Source of the DNA: Candidatus Woesearchaeota archaeon
Lineage (GTDB): Archaea; Nanobdellota; Nanobdellia; SCGC-AAA011-G17; PNOQ01
NCBI GenBank assembly: GCA_043812195.1
Contig: JBDRML010000016.1
Coordinates: 32,001-96,000, forward strand
DNA: 64,000 nucleotides
Direction of reading: 5' to 3'
Shown here piece after piece: positions 40,083 to 49,892 of this stretch. The position numbers and the translations under genes were made by a program. Positions within the stretch are counted from its first letter, which is position 1. Each line of letters starts with the position of its first letter. The notes under the pieces are model-generated. The model made no database searches and was not told the DNA's origin. It saw only the letters and a list, made by a program, of their open reading frames with translations.

Positions 40083-40209
40083 AAAAATGCCAGAAAATCC
40101 TTTAAAAGATTGTTTAGGAATTCTAAAAAAAGATAAAGAATGGGAAGAATTAGAAAAAAATCTAAAAATAGATTGGAAAAATTTTAACGAAAAATTAAAA
40201 AGGACTTAA
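40072..40209 (+). CDS. Small ORF resembling an antitoxin C-terminal fragment (45 aa)
   Basis: MKSKKMPENPLKDCLGILKKDKEWEE...; overlaps the PIN gene end. Confidence 0.4.
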   Translation: MKSKKMPENPLKDCLGILKKDKEWEELEKNLKIDWKNFNEKLKRT

Positions 40210-40213
40210 AGGA

Positions 40214-40705
40214 TTAAATATGTTCCGCTAATACTAATTCTCCTTTATTAGTAAATCTAATGTCAATTTTATTATCAATTAAGTTATCACATAATGGATT
40301 CAAACCTTCAATATAAATTCTTTCGAATTCTTTAGATCTTAATTTCTCATCAGCAAAAAACACATTTTCATCTTGAAAACCAGAATAAGACAAATTAATA
40401 AATTCTCTCAAATTAAAATTATTAACCAAACTTAAATCAATTTCACTATTTCTATCAATAATACAAATTTCAGAAATACTATTTGGAATATTAATATTTT
40501 CTAAAGACATTATACTTCCAAAACTATCATGATAAACCTTACTTTCAACTTCCTCTATATCACTAACAAATCTTTGATACTCAACTTCCTGTCCAGTATT
40601 TATAACATTAATAATAGCTTTCACTCCAAAAAATAAAATAATAGCAGCAACTATCAAAAGAAAAATATACACAAAAGGTTGCCCCATTAATTGTCCTTTT
40701 CTCAT
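40214..40705 (-). CDS. Pilin-like protein with class III signal peptide
   Basis: MRKG/QLMGQPF followed by a hydrophobic helix. Confidence 0.7.
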   Translation of the reverse strand: MRKGQLMGQPFVYIFLLIVAAIILFFGVKAIINVINTGQEVEYQRFVSDIEEVESKVYHDSFGSIMSLENINIPNSISEICIIDRNSEIDLSLVNNFNLREFINLSYSGFQDENVFFADEKLRSKEFERIYIEGLNPLCDNLIDNKIDIRFTNKGELVLAEHI

Positions 40706-43700
40706 CTTGGATAAACTGTAAATGGATTAGTATTCTTATTGTCCCATTTATCTAAACACTTAATATAATAAACATCTTCACCTAAAGAAGCATAGTGTTC
40801 TTTCTCGTTTCTAGCAGAAATCATAGTAAAGACTGTATCTTCATTTTCATCCTGCACATCAAAGTTATCTTTCTCACTACTATATTTACATACACTTTCT
40901 TCATTCATCAAAACATGTAATTGCTGACTTGTTGTCCAAACTCTTAATAAAATAGGAGCATCTAAGTCCTTGAATATAACTATAGTTCTTTCTTCCTGCA
41001 CCACATTACCAGCAAAATCAGTACACTCATATAAAACAGGATAATGCAGACCTTCAGGAGTTCCTTCAATATCTTCATGTAAAGTCTTATGTGTTCTTGA
41101 AAACAAAGTAGTTACATTATACCAATTATCTCCTATCTGATATTTACATATAGCATCATTTCCTGTTTCAATCTCAATTTCAAATTTATCATCATATGTT
41201 TCAAATGTTGCATTAGGCTCAATAATATCCATTTCAAATGTTGGCCAAATCATTGCAGTCCATAAGTAAGGATCTTCCATAACATTAGATTCCTCCCCAA
41301 TATCAGGTACATCTCCACATTTAATCCATAATGGACAGAAAGTACTATTAAATGGTTTTGTAATTCCATTACCTTCAGGTATATTAATTTCTTCACACCA
41401 GCCAGCTTCTCCTAAATTAAACTCAGTTTGGAATTTCTGGCAAGTTTCATCAGTCTGACTACATGGAGTATTTCCTTTACCACCAAAGCTTGTCATATCT
41501 CCATAATTCAAAGTATCATTATCCTTAGAATATTTACAATCTTGAACATTATTCTTATCATAAGCATACAATATAAATGGAATATTTGTAGTTCCTTCAG
41601 GTACATTAATATTCACAGGATTAATATAATCAATAATTGGAGGCAATTCATCAGGAGCCTCTTTAAAACTAAAACTCACATAATCTTTATCTTCTTTATT
41701 AGTATTTCCAGCTATATCTTGGCATTTAATATAAATATAAGTTTTGTCTCTAACTTTATCTTCAGCTCTAAATGTAATATTCACTCCATGATCAGCAGAT
41801 GCACCCCATGGGAATGAAGTCATATCATCATATTCAGTACTTCTAGCAAAACTATATTTACAATGTCCTATTTCACTAGTATTTATTTTTAGAAGAGTAT
41901 AAGAAGTTTCCCATTCAATTTTATCACTAATTTCTAATTTTCTTCCTTCACCCTTAAATTCTTGTATTGTTAAATTATCTTCACCCTTAAATTCAATCTC
42001 TATAGATTCTAAATAAGGGGAACTATGATCATCAGGCTCAGAAGGCAAACACAATCCTCCAACAACCCCATTTTCTTCAAAAGGAACATAACTACACCAA
42101 TCACTCTCAGCTCCTAAAATCTTACATCTCTTTTCAGTGCAATCCCATTGTCCTTCTAATCCACACTCAGCACAATGAATATTATCAGTATATGGTTTCT
42201 CCGGAATACATTCTCCTGTTTTAAATGAGGTTGTTACAGTATAAATTGAAGCTATATATGATGCTATAATCAAAATCTTACTAACAGCCTGAGAAGAAAT
42301 TTTACCAAATAAACCACCACTAGAAACTTCACCACCTTCAAGAGTATAAGCAACCCCTTCAACACTTTGTGTCACTTGTAAATTAAATTTTACTAATGGA
42401 GAAATCATATTAGGAGCAATCTTAGAAAATACAATAGTTAAAACATTAGCAGCAGCAGAATAATAGAATGAATTAGGAAATTTTCTATCAGAATCAATAC
42501 CACTAGCCTCAAATATTTCATTTTTTTCTTCTTCGCTCAAAATCTTATCTAAATGGTTAGCCCAAGATAAGATATAAGATAATCTCAATTTATCATTATA
42601 ATATAAATCTCCAGCATCTTTCGGAGTATCGTGTGTACCTGTAGCAGCAGTATAACCATAAACAATAGATAAAACACCCCAATATATTACCGCACCAAGC
42701 GACATAAATCCACCAACAACACCAGACGCACATGCAGCCCACCCTGGGAACCCAACACCAGGAAGTGCAGCAACAACACCACAAACTGCAATCATAGATC
42801 CCATTGTACCTACAGCAATTGCTCCAGTAGTTGCAAGCCCTGCTGTTGAAAAACCATCAGCTTCGAACTGGCAATCTCCTAAAGCATTACACTCAAAATC
42901 AGTACAAACATTTACAGAACCATCGCCACCTTTTCCACACTGGCTACATCTATTTCCTGAATCACCATATCCTTCAGCTCCTTCACCAGGAGGATACAAA
43001 GCATTACAACTTCCAATTGGTGCCCAAACATCCCTATCATAACCTTCCTCTTGCATTAAAGGTCCACCACCACAATTACCAAAATCAGAACATTTATCTT
43101 GATTATTAAACCACCCATTATCATCAGTACATTGTTTGCCAACAACATTAGCTAAAAATTGTCCAACACCTGGCGCATAATTAAAAAAATCAATCACAGA
43201 ACGCCCATCTCCACAATCCTTATGACATTTTTCCCAGGCATTATCAACCAAATCAGCCTCTACCCTTGTTAAATTTCCAATCTTAGTTACAGATTCTTCA
43301 CATCTCATTCCCCTATTTTTATCATCATAATCAGGTTCTATTTCTCTATTCTGGCATGTTAACACATAATTATGCAATCCAGTACTTTTTCTATCATTCA
43401 AAAAATGTCCAGAAAGAACATTCATACAAATAGACTCTCCACTTTTAAAAGTATTTGGCCATGTATTAGGAGAATCTTCAACACAATCAGTACTTAAACA
43501 AACCGCATCTTCACCACCAACCACATTATCAGGGTCATCACACATTCCACCAGGCCTGCATTCATCAAATATTTCTTCTCTATTTCCATCAGAATCATAA
43601 TAATAAACATCCCACTTATCATCATCAGTAGTTCCATCGCCGCAGCTTTTAAACTTATGACCTTCTCTATAACTAGGACACCCAACAACTTCAGAACATA

Positions 43701-44313
43701 AAGTACTTTCAAAGAAATTAGCCCTTTCAAATCCAGGAGCATCTTTAAATCTATCTAAAGGACCATATTCACAAACTCCACCACCCGCACTCTTATAACA
43801 TCCAGTTACAGAACCAGAACATTCTAAATTACAATCTTGTCTATTTGTAATTCCACCAATAAATTGTTCGCCACCTAAATCAGTTCTACAAACTTTTTCT
43901 TCTTGAACACTACAAGAACCAAATTGTATGCAACATCCAGATTGACAAGCACTAACAGATTCCTTAGAAGCACCTAAATGAAAAGTGCCGCCATCTGTTT
44001 TACATCTAACTTCTTCAACATTATCTAAACAACCACCAACATCAGAAGGGACACATGCACCTTTTTGACACTCATTTATTTCTCCTTTAGTCTGAAAATT
44101 CCATTCATGCCCTCCTGCACATCCACCATAAGCATCCCAACCTTGTCCATTAGAAACTTCAACACAATAATCTCCATTATTAGTTAAACCGCAAGTATCA
44201 ACATTAGCAGCTGAAACTTCTTCAGTATTTAAAACCAAAGCAAAATTAATAACAGCTACAATCATTATAACTGAGAAAAATACAGCAATTGATTTTCTAA
44301 TAGCATATTTCAT
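40702..44313 (-). CDS. Large secreted Cys-rich protein with internal hydrophobic segments
   Basis: Signal peptide, dozens of Cys, a Gly/Ala-rich hydrophobic core, C-terminal CKYS/CxDxAGN repeats; ATGA overlaps on both sides. Confidence 0.8.
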   Translation of the reverse strand: MKYAIRKSIAVFFSVIMIVAVINFALVLNTEEVSAANVDTCGLTNNGDYCVEVSNGQGWDAYGGCAGGHEWNFQTKGEINECQKGACVPSDVGGCLDNVEEVRCKTDGGTFHLGASKESVSACQSGCCIQFGSCSVQEEKVCRTDLGGEQFIGGITNRQDCNLECSGSVTGCYKSAGGGVCEYGPLDRFKDAPGFERANFFESTLCSEVVGCPSYREGHKFKSCGDGTTDDDKWDVYYYDSDGNREEIFDECRPGGMCDDPDNVVGGEDAVCLSTDCVEDSPNTWPNTFKSGESICMNVLSGHFLNDRKSTGLHNYVLTCQNREIEPDYDDKNRGMRCEESVTKIGNLTRVEADLVDNAWEKCHKDCGDGRSVIDFFNYAPGVGQFLANVVGKQCTDDNGWFNNQDKCSDFGNCGGGPLMQEEGYDRDVWAPIGSCNALYPPGEGAEGYGDSGNRCSQCGKGGDGSVNVCTDFECNALGDCQFEADGFSTAGLATTGAIAVGTMGSMIAVCGVVAALPGVGFPGWAACASGVVGGFMSLGAVIYWGVLSIVYGYTAATGTHDTPKDAGDLYYNDKLRLSYILSWANHLDKILSEEEKNEIFEASGIDSDRKFPNSFYYSAAANVLTIVFSKIAPNMISPLVKFNLQVTQSVEGVAYTLEGGEVSSGGLFGKISSQAVSKILIIASYIASIYTVTTSFKTGECIPEKPYTDNIHCAECGLEGQWDCTEKRCKILGAESDWCSYVPFEENGVVGGLCLPSEPDDHSSPYLESIEIEFKGEDNLTIQEFKGEGRKLEISDKIEWETSYTLLKINTSEIGHCKYSFARSTEYDDMTSFPWGASADHGVNITFRAEDKVRDKTYIYIKCQDIAGNTNKEDKDYVSFSFKEAPDELPPIIDYINPVNINVPEGTTNIPFILYAYDKNNVQDCKYSKDNDTLNYGDMTSFGGKGNTPCSQTDETCQKFQTEFNLGEAGWCEEINIPEGNGITKPFNSTFCPLWIKCGDVPDIGEESNVMEDPYLWTAMIWPTFEMDIIEPNATFETYDDKFEIEIETGNDAICKYQIGDNWYNVTTLFSRTHKTLHEDIEGTPEGLHYPVLYECTDFAGNVVQEERTIVIFKDLDAPILLRVWTTSQQLHVLMNEESVCKYSSEKDNFDVQDENEDTVFTMISARNEKEHYASLGEDVYYIKCLDKWDNKNTNPFTVYPR

Positions 44314-45146
44314 TCTTCAATTATAAAGTGAAATCTTAAAGCTTCACCATCCTCCTCATCTTCATATCCTTCTAAATACCACGGCTTAAATCCTTCATCA
44401 TTAGGACCATTTGCAATTGAAGCAGCTAAAATATCTCCCCCTTGCTCATGATCCCACACATAATCATCAATTTCAAATCCTTCTCCACCACATTCTCCAT
44501 TCACAACATCAATAGCAATCATATAAATGTCAAACAAATTAGAATCCAAATCAATAGATAAATCTCTAAAATCAGTGCTATAACCAGATTTACTTATTTT
44601 AACTGGAAAACTAACATCCTGTCTTATTTTTTTAGGTAAAATATCAGGAGCATCTAAATTCAATTTTAAAAATTCATAATCTAAATCCAAACCTTCTCTT
44701 TCAAATTCTACAAAAGAACTACCAATACAATTCTCCAAATCTTCTCTCTGCTCAGCACTATTCATAAATAACTTTATCTGTTTAGCAACATTAAAAAGCA
44801 AAGGCAATGTATTTGCATCACCTTTACAAGCATAACCAATACTTATATTTTCAAAACATTCTTCAGAATTTAAATCATAATCAACACACACATTTTCATA
44901 ATAAACAGGATTGTAAAATCCACCTTGCCAAGAAACTAATCTAACACCTTCCATCAGCTTAGAACTCACACAATTTCTAACAACATTCTTAATAGGTTCA
45001 ACTCTAGCAGAAACAAATCTCTCAGCTTCTTCATCATCTAAATCTCCTTTAAATATAGTATCTCTAAAAAAGAATAAAAGCCCAACTATAATTAAAACAA
45101 CAATACCCAGAATAATAAAAATTGTTACTTGACCTCTTTTATTCAT
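44310..45146 (-). CDS. Pilin-like protein with class III signal peptide
   Basis: MNKRG/QVTIFIILG followed by a hydrophobic helix. Confidence 0.72.
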   Translation of the reverse strand: MNKRGQVTIFIILGIVVLIIVGLLFFFRDTIFKGDLDDEEAERFVSARVEPIKNVVRNCVSSKLMEGVRLVSWQGGFYNPVYYENVCVDYDLNSEECFENISIGYACKGDANTLPLLFNVAKQIKLFMNSAEQREDLENCIGSSFVEFEREGLDLDYEFLKLNLDAPDILPKKIRQDVSFPVKISKSGYSTDFRDLSIDLDSNLFDIYMIAIDVVNGECGGEGFEIDDYVWDHEQGGDILAASIANGPNDEGFKPWYLEGYEDEEDGEALRFHFIIEE

Positions 45147-45359
45147 TATTAACTTAAAAACAAGATAGAAACTTATAAACTTTTCCTTTTATTAGTTTAC
45201 GACATAAATAAAATATAAAAACTATTAAAGATTTTTCCATTATTTAACACCTTAAGCTATTTCTAAGATATATTAATATAACTTACTTTTGTCCAGTAAC
45301 TATATCAATCTTGAAACTATTAATAATTAGAAAAAACAAGATTTATAATATTTAATTAT

Positions 45360-45701
45360 TCACCTACCTTCTGCCCCTATCACAATTTTATTTCCAATTT
45401 TTGTTATAGATATTTCAGTATGCTCATCCAATTTAAGTTGTTTTTCTAAGTCACTGGGTATTCTAAATGTTAAACCACCCCCGCTTTTTGACAGATGTCT
45501 ATAAAGCTTTAACGGCTCAGGCCAAACACCTAATTTTCTTGCTACTTCAATTGTTTTTTGTGTTTCTTCTTCAAAAGGGAACTCTTCATTACAATTAATA
45601 CATCTCTCCCCCTTAACTATAAACACATAACCTTCAATTTCTAATACTATATCCTCTACTTTTATTAAATTTCCTTTCTCACATGTTAGACATTTTCTCA
45701 T
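45360..45701 (-). CDS. Zn-finger (MqsA/YgiT-like) plus AbrB-like putative antitoxin
   Basis: CLTC...CINC and KSGGGLTFRIPSD motifs. Confidence 0.7.
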   Translation of the reverse strand: MRKCLTCEKGNLIKVEDIVLEIEGYVFIVKGERCINCNEEFPFEEETQKTIEVARKLGVWPEPLKLYRHLSKSGGGLTFRIPSDLEKQLKLDEHTEISITKIGNKIVIGAEGR

Positions 45702-45940
45702 TTTCCTTCAGCTCCAGTTATTATGAAAATTTCTTTATAATCCTCATCCTTTATAAATATTAATTTCCTACTTTTTCTTTTTGTCCTCATATATGCCTCA
45801 TATTTATTTTTGCCAACTTTGTCAATCTTATACGCATTCTCCAATGCATTTTTTAGTGAATAAATATCATAATCCCACTTTCTCATCCATGTTAAAATAA
45901 AATGCTTGCTTGGTCTAATTTTGTAGTTACTTATGTCCAT
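45698..45940 (-). CDS. Putative small RNase toxin (RelE/BrnT-like)
   Basis: 80-aa basic ORF with SKHF and IFIITG; ATGA-coupled to the downstream antitoxin. Confidence 0.55.
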   Translation of the reverse strand: MDISNYKIRPSKHFILTWMRKWDYDIYSLKNALENAYKIDKVGKNKYEAYMRTKRKSRKLIFIKDEDYKEIFIITGAEGK

Positions 45941-46046
45941 ACTTTTTCACTACTTTTTGTGGTATTTTTGATATATATAAATCTTTCTTTTTTAGTAGCT
46001 AAACGGTTACTTTTTTAGAACCCTCATTTCACTTGTCTATCAACTA

Positions 46047-46796
46047 CTATTTGTTCTCAACTCTCGGAGCCAAGATAGTCATCAAATGTAATTTATCAGT
46101 AACTCTGTACTCAACTTGTAATGGATAGTCATCAGAAAACTTTATAGAAACATTATCAGCCAATCTAGCACCTTTTACAATTTTTTTCAAATACTCTGCA
46201 GAATATTTTGCTTTTGTAATTTTATCATTATCAAACTTAAACTTATTTTCCTCACTTCTTCTAACTTCAAATCTTGCATCACTAACATTTCCACTAGATT
46301 CTAAAACAAAAATATCACCATCTGCAACTAAAGAAATAGAATCCGCAACAATTCCCATATCATCTACAGCATCACTAAAGAAATGTGCAGCTATTTCAAC
46401 ACTAGCAGCAAAATTCAAATCTGGAACATTCTGGGCTTTATCCTGTAAATCAATTAAACCTATATTAAAACTTCTATTAATCTCTCCTTTCAAATCAACT
46501 TTTAATTTATTCTTGCCTTCATCTAATTCCATTATAATACTATCAGAAGGTTTAGCTCTGCCTAAAATCTGTCTAAACAAATCTAAATTAATAGCAAAAC
46601 TTTCTTCATCCTTAACATCATACTCGACAAAAGCGCTACTTAACAAATTAAAAACAACCATGGCAACATTAGCAGGATCCATAGCAACTATCTCTAATTT
46701 ATTAGAATCCAATTTAATCCGAACATCATTAACAAGTTCAGAAATGATATTTATACCTTCTTTCAAAAGTCGTGGTTCAGCTAATACTAATTTCAT
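46047..46796 (-). CDS. pcn: PCNA sliding clamp
   Basis: AMDPANVAMV, KYSAEYL, DYPL and ILAPRV motifs. Confidence 0.95.
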   Translation of the reverse strand: MKLVLAEPRLLKEGINIISELVNDVRIKLDSNKLEIVAMDPANVAMVVFNLLSSAFVEYDVKDEESFAINLDLFRQILGRAKPSDSIIMELDEGKNKLKVDLKGEINRSFNIGLIDLQDKAQNVPDLNFAASVEIAAHFFSDAVDDMGIVADSISLVADGDIFVLESSGNVSDARFEVRRSEENKFKFDNDKITKAKYSAEYLKKIVKGARLADNVSIKFSDDYPLQVEYRVTDKLHLMTILAPRVENK

Positions 46797-46842
46797 CAAA
46801 AAAAGAGATGGGTATCTCATTTAAATCTATTTCGATTCTGTA

Positions 46843-47169
46843 CTAATACACTCGCCATCTATATCCGCATTTAGTACACTCATAAAATTGGGTTTCAGAC
46901 TCATCACTTGACCTTGTTTGTAATGTCCAGTAATATGCTTGTTTATTTCCACATTTCTTACAATCTTCTTTAACTTTTGGTAAAGTCTCTACTTTTTTAT
47001 CACTAACCTCAATTTCTTGACTTTTAGTTAAAGCAACTTTTTCTTTTAAAATTATATTCTCGCTCTTTCCTCTAGGAGAATAATTACAACTAGGACATTT
47101 CATTTTTTTCTTATCACTATCAAGAATCATTATGGTCCCACACTTTTGACAAAATAGATTCGCCATCAT
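46843..47169 (-). CDS. tfs: Transcription factor S
   Basis: Two Zn ribbons; QTRSSDE acidic hairpin intact. Confidence 0.92.
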   Translation of the reverse strand: MMANLFCQKCGTIMILDSDKKKMKCPSCNYSPRGKSENIILKEKVALTKSQEIEVSDKKVETLPKVKEDCKKCGNKQAYYWTLQTRSSDESETQFYECTKCGYRWRVY

Positions 47170-47170
47170 T

Positions 47171-47740
47171 TTATATCAACTCCGAAAACGCAATTTTTAA
47201 CCAGCCAAGATAAGGCACCTTAAAAACGGCCCTCCCAACAACTCTATCTTCTGTAATATCTAATTCATTTAATCCTTGGCCACTATCCACATTATTATCT
47301 CCTTTTGTCTGGAAATGATACTCTCCATCTACATCCCAAACCTTTACAACCCTATGTATGATTGGATTGTCTAAATTTGATTGAAATACTAGTATATCCC
47401 CTATATTTATATTTTGTGGAGATTCACCAACTAGTATCATAATATCTCCTTTATTAAATCCATTCTTAAATTCAAAGTTTTCAAAGTCTTCTATTTTTAT
47501 ATTATTACTCTCGTACCATTCTTTATTATCTTCCCACCAAGCAAAAAAATCATTATTATCATGCTCCATACTCCCAGAAACAACAGCCACAATAGGAAAC
47601 CCAGTTCCCAATAGTAAACCTAATCCAGGATATATTAAAAATTTAACAATTATAAATGCTAATACAAAAGATACTAACCAACTCCAAACTGAATCACTTT
47701 TCCATAAAAAATTCCAAGTCTTTTTTAAAGTACTAACCAT
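47171..47740 (-). CDS. Signal peptidase I (archaeal Sec11 type)
   Basis: VVSGSM, IIHRV and TKGDNN motifs. Confidence 0.92.
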   Translation of the reverse strand: MVSTLKKTWNFLWKSDSVWSWLVSFVLAFIIVKFLIYPGLGLLLGTGFPIVAVVSGSMEHDNNDFFAWWEDNKEWYESNNIKIEDFENFEFKNGFNKGDIMILVGESPQNINIGDILVFQSNLDNPIIHRVVKVWDVDGEYHFQTKGDNNVDSGQGLNELDITEDRVVGRAVFKVPYLGWLKIAFSELI

Positions 47741-47767
47741 AAGAATATATGACAAAAATAACCCTTT

Positions 47768-48040
47768 TTAAATCTTTTGAATTTTCTGAAGAATTTCGTT
47801 GTTTTTTTTCTTAAGTCTATCAACAGCATCAAATAAAGCTTTTCTAGCTTCTTTCTTGCCAGAAGTCTCTACAGTCAAAACAGGATTACTAACTAATGGA
47901 TGTTCTATATTATAACCAGAAATAGTTACATCAGCCTCATTCCACAACTCTTGTCTCAAAGCATCAGCTAAAGTATGATCTTCTCCAATTATCTCAACAT
48001 TAATTAATTTCTTATCCTCTTCTAAAACTTTAACTTCCAT
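47768..48040 (-). CDS. rpoL: RNA polymerase subunit L (Rpo11)
   Basis: GEDHTLADAL and GYNIEHPL motifs. Confidence 0.93.
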   Translation of the reverse strand: MEVKVLEEDKKLINVEIIGEDHTLADALRQELWNEADVTISGYNIEHPLVSNPVLTVETSGKKEARKALFDAVDRLKKKNNEILQKIQKI

Positions 48041-48086
48041 TTTATAAATGGAAAAAATATAGTCTTTTAAACCTTTCGTTTTTCAA

Positions 48087-48452
48087 TTATTTAACAAATT
48101 CAACATTATCAAGATTTTCAAACTCTTTATCTCCTGTAACAAACTTCCATTTCCTATTTATTGATATAGCATATCCCAAACAATCTATATAACTAAATTT
48201 TTTTGGTTTAAATTTAGATTTTAATTTTGAAGCAAGTTTTATATCTTCTATGTCAAATGATATTAAAAGTTCTTTAAATTTTTCAGTTATTTCATCCGCT
48301 TTTCCCTCTCCAAAAGATTTAAGAATAGCATTATGTAACTCTAAAAGATTAAGTAATGATGTAAAATTTATAGTGTCCTTAAACTTTTCATAATTATTAT
48401 TTTCCTTAACAATTTCAATTAATGCATAAGTGTCTAAGAGATATTCTTCCAT
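48087..48452 (-). CDS. vapC: VapC PIN-domain toxin
   Basis: LLDTYALIE, SYIDCLGY and TGDKEF motifs. Confidence 0.85.
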   Translation of the reverse strand: MEEYLLDTYALIEIVKENNNYEKFKDTINFTSLLNLLELHNAILKSFGEGKADEITEKFKELLISFDIEDIKLASKLKSKFKPKKFSYIDCLGYAISINRKWKFVTGDKEFENLDNVEFVK

Positions 48453-48688
48453 TTCCTTTTTTCAGCTTCATACTCCTCTTTTCTAATCTCATCCTTAAAT
48501 TTCTGTGTATCTATTTTCCAATTCTTTAAAGTCCCAAAAGTCTCTCTTAAAACATTCCTGCCTTCTCTTTTAACCAAAACTGTAACTTCATCTCCTTCTT
48601 TTATATTCTCATCTTTAACTTCACCAATAGGTATAATTACACCAAACGAATTTCCCCATTTCCTTAATTTAGATTTGATTTCTATCAT
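48434..48688 (-). CDS. AbrB/MazE-type antitoxin
   Basis: RKWGNSFGVIIP...IKEGDEV. Confidence 0.85.
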   Translation of the reverse strand: MIEIKSKLRKWGNSFGVIIPIGEVKDENIKEGDEVTVLVKREGRNVLRETFGTLKNWKIDTQKFKDEIRKEEYEAEKRKWKNIS

Positions 48689-48733
48689 GTATAAACAGTA
48701 TAATTATTTATATAAAAACCTTTCGTTTTTCAA

Positions 48734-49198
48734 TTATTCTACTTTTTTGAGTATATCACCAATAGTCACAGCCTTATCCCCAAAATTCACAGATTTTTCT
48801 TTTTTAGACATACTTTGCTCAACACTCTCAACCAAATCTATTGCTAAAAACACAGAAATTTTTTTAGCTAATTTAAAACTAGGTTTTAATCTTCCAGTCT
48901 CTAACTGATGTATCACAGATTCTTTCTCAGCAATAGCTTTAGCCAAATCTTCTTGTTTCATTCCTCTTCTCTCTCTAGCTCTTTTAATTCTATCTGGAAA
49001 ATCCTCTTTAATAATATCCACATATTGAAAAGTAGCTTCTTCCTCTCGTCTCCTCTCTAATTGTTTTTCAACAACAGGTTGATTAACCGCAATTACATTG
49101 CCATGTTTAGAACAATCAAGACAAATTCTCATCATCGCACCTTCAACAATAGCATCAACTAATTCACCACCTTTTCCACACATTTCGCAACCAACCAT
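48734..49198 (-). CDS. mbf1: Multiprotein bridging factor aMBF1
   Basis: CEMCG...CLDC Zn ribbon, HTH domain and TIGD tail. Confidence 0.9.
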   Translation of the reverse strand: MVGCEMCGKGGELVDAIVEGAMMRICLDCSKHGNVIAVNQPVVEKQLERRREEEATFQYVDIIKEDFPDRIKRARERRGMKQEDLAKAIAEKESVIHQLETGRLKPSFKLAKKISVFLAIDLVESVEQSMSKKEKSVNFGDKAVTIGDILKKVE

Positions 49199-49235
49199 AC
49201 AAAAGGTAATCTACTTAAAATTAAAAAGATTGTGG

Positions 49236-49892
49236 TTATAAAAAACTCTCAATATCTTCAAAACTATGCAATCCATGCAAAACAACAGATTCATCAATCA
49301 TCACAGCAGGTGTTTCTTTAACATTATAAGTGCTAACAAATATATCAATCACACTAACATCCAAATCAATAGGTAATGGAATCAACATTATATCTCTACC
49401 ATATTTTTCTTTTAAATCTCCTAAAATACCAGATTGAACTTTCTGTTCCTGTTTTTCAAAATCAGAATTAGGATCATCCTTATAAAAATAAACAACATTA
49501 TGATAATCAGCATTACACCTCTCTTTCAATAAAATAGCATTCATAAAAAACTCAGTCTTCAACAAAGCATACTTTCTTTTTTCTTTAAGCAATTTTTCAT
49601 CAAATTTATTAGCTTGCTCATTCAACTCTATCTGTCTTCCTCTAGCATAAATAGCATCTGAAAACTCTAAATTTTCTTCAATTGCATATTCACAAAAATC
49701 TCTTCCCAATAACTGATAAAAATCAGTCCTTAATTTAGAATCTTGCCATCTCAACTCCAAATCCTCATAACCATCTTGAATACCCTCGGTTCTAATGCTT
49801 TCTATATAAACACCCAATAAAAGCCCAACTATAAAAATAACCAAAGTAGCTATTGCAGCTTTCCAAAATACACTCTTTTGATTCTCTACCAT
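49236..49892 (-). CDS. Membrane-anchored hypothetical protein with thioredoxin-like C-terminus
   Basis: N-terminal TM helix; VVYFY and YNVKETPAVMID; coupled to the GT2 gene. Confidence 0.65.
   Translation of the reverse strand: MVENQKSVFWKAAIATLVIFIVGLLLGVYIESIRTEGIQDGYEDLELRWQDSKLRTDFYQLLGRDFCEYAIEENLEFSDAIYARGRQIELNEQANKFDEKLLKEKRKYALLKTEFFMNAILLKERCNADYHNVVYFYKDDPNSDFEKQEQKVQSGILGDLKEKYGRDIMLIPLPIDLDVSVIDIFVSTYNVKETPAVMIDESVVLHGLHSFEDIESFL

Larger units (their letters stand above)
48069..48738. mobile_element. vapBC cassette bounded by 23-bp direct repeats
   Basis: aaacctttcgtttttcaattatt at 48069-48091 and 48716-48738. Confidence 0.7.
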
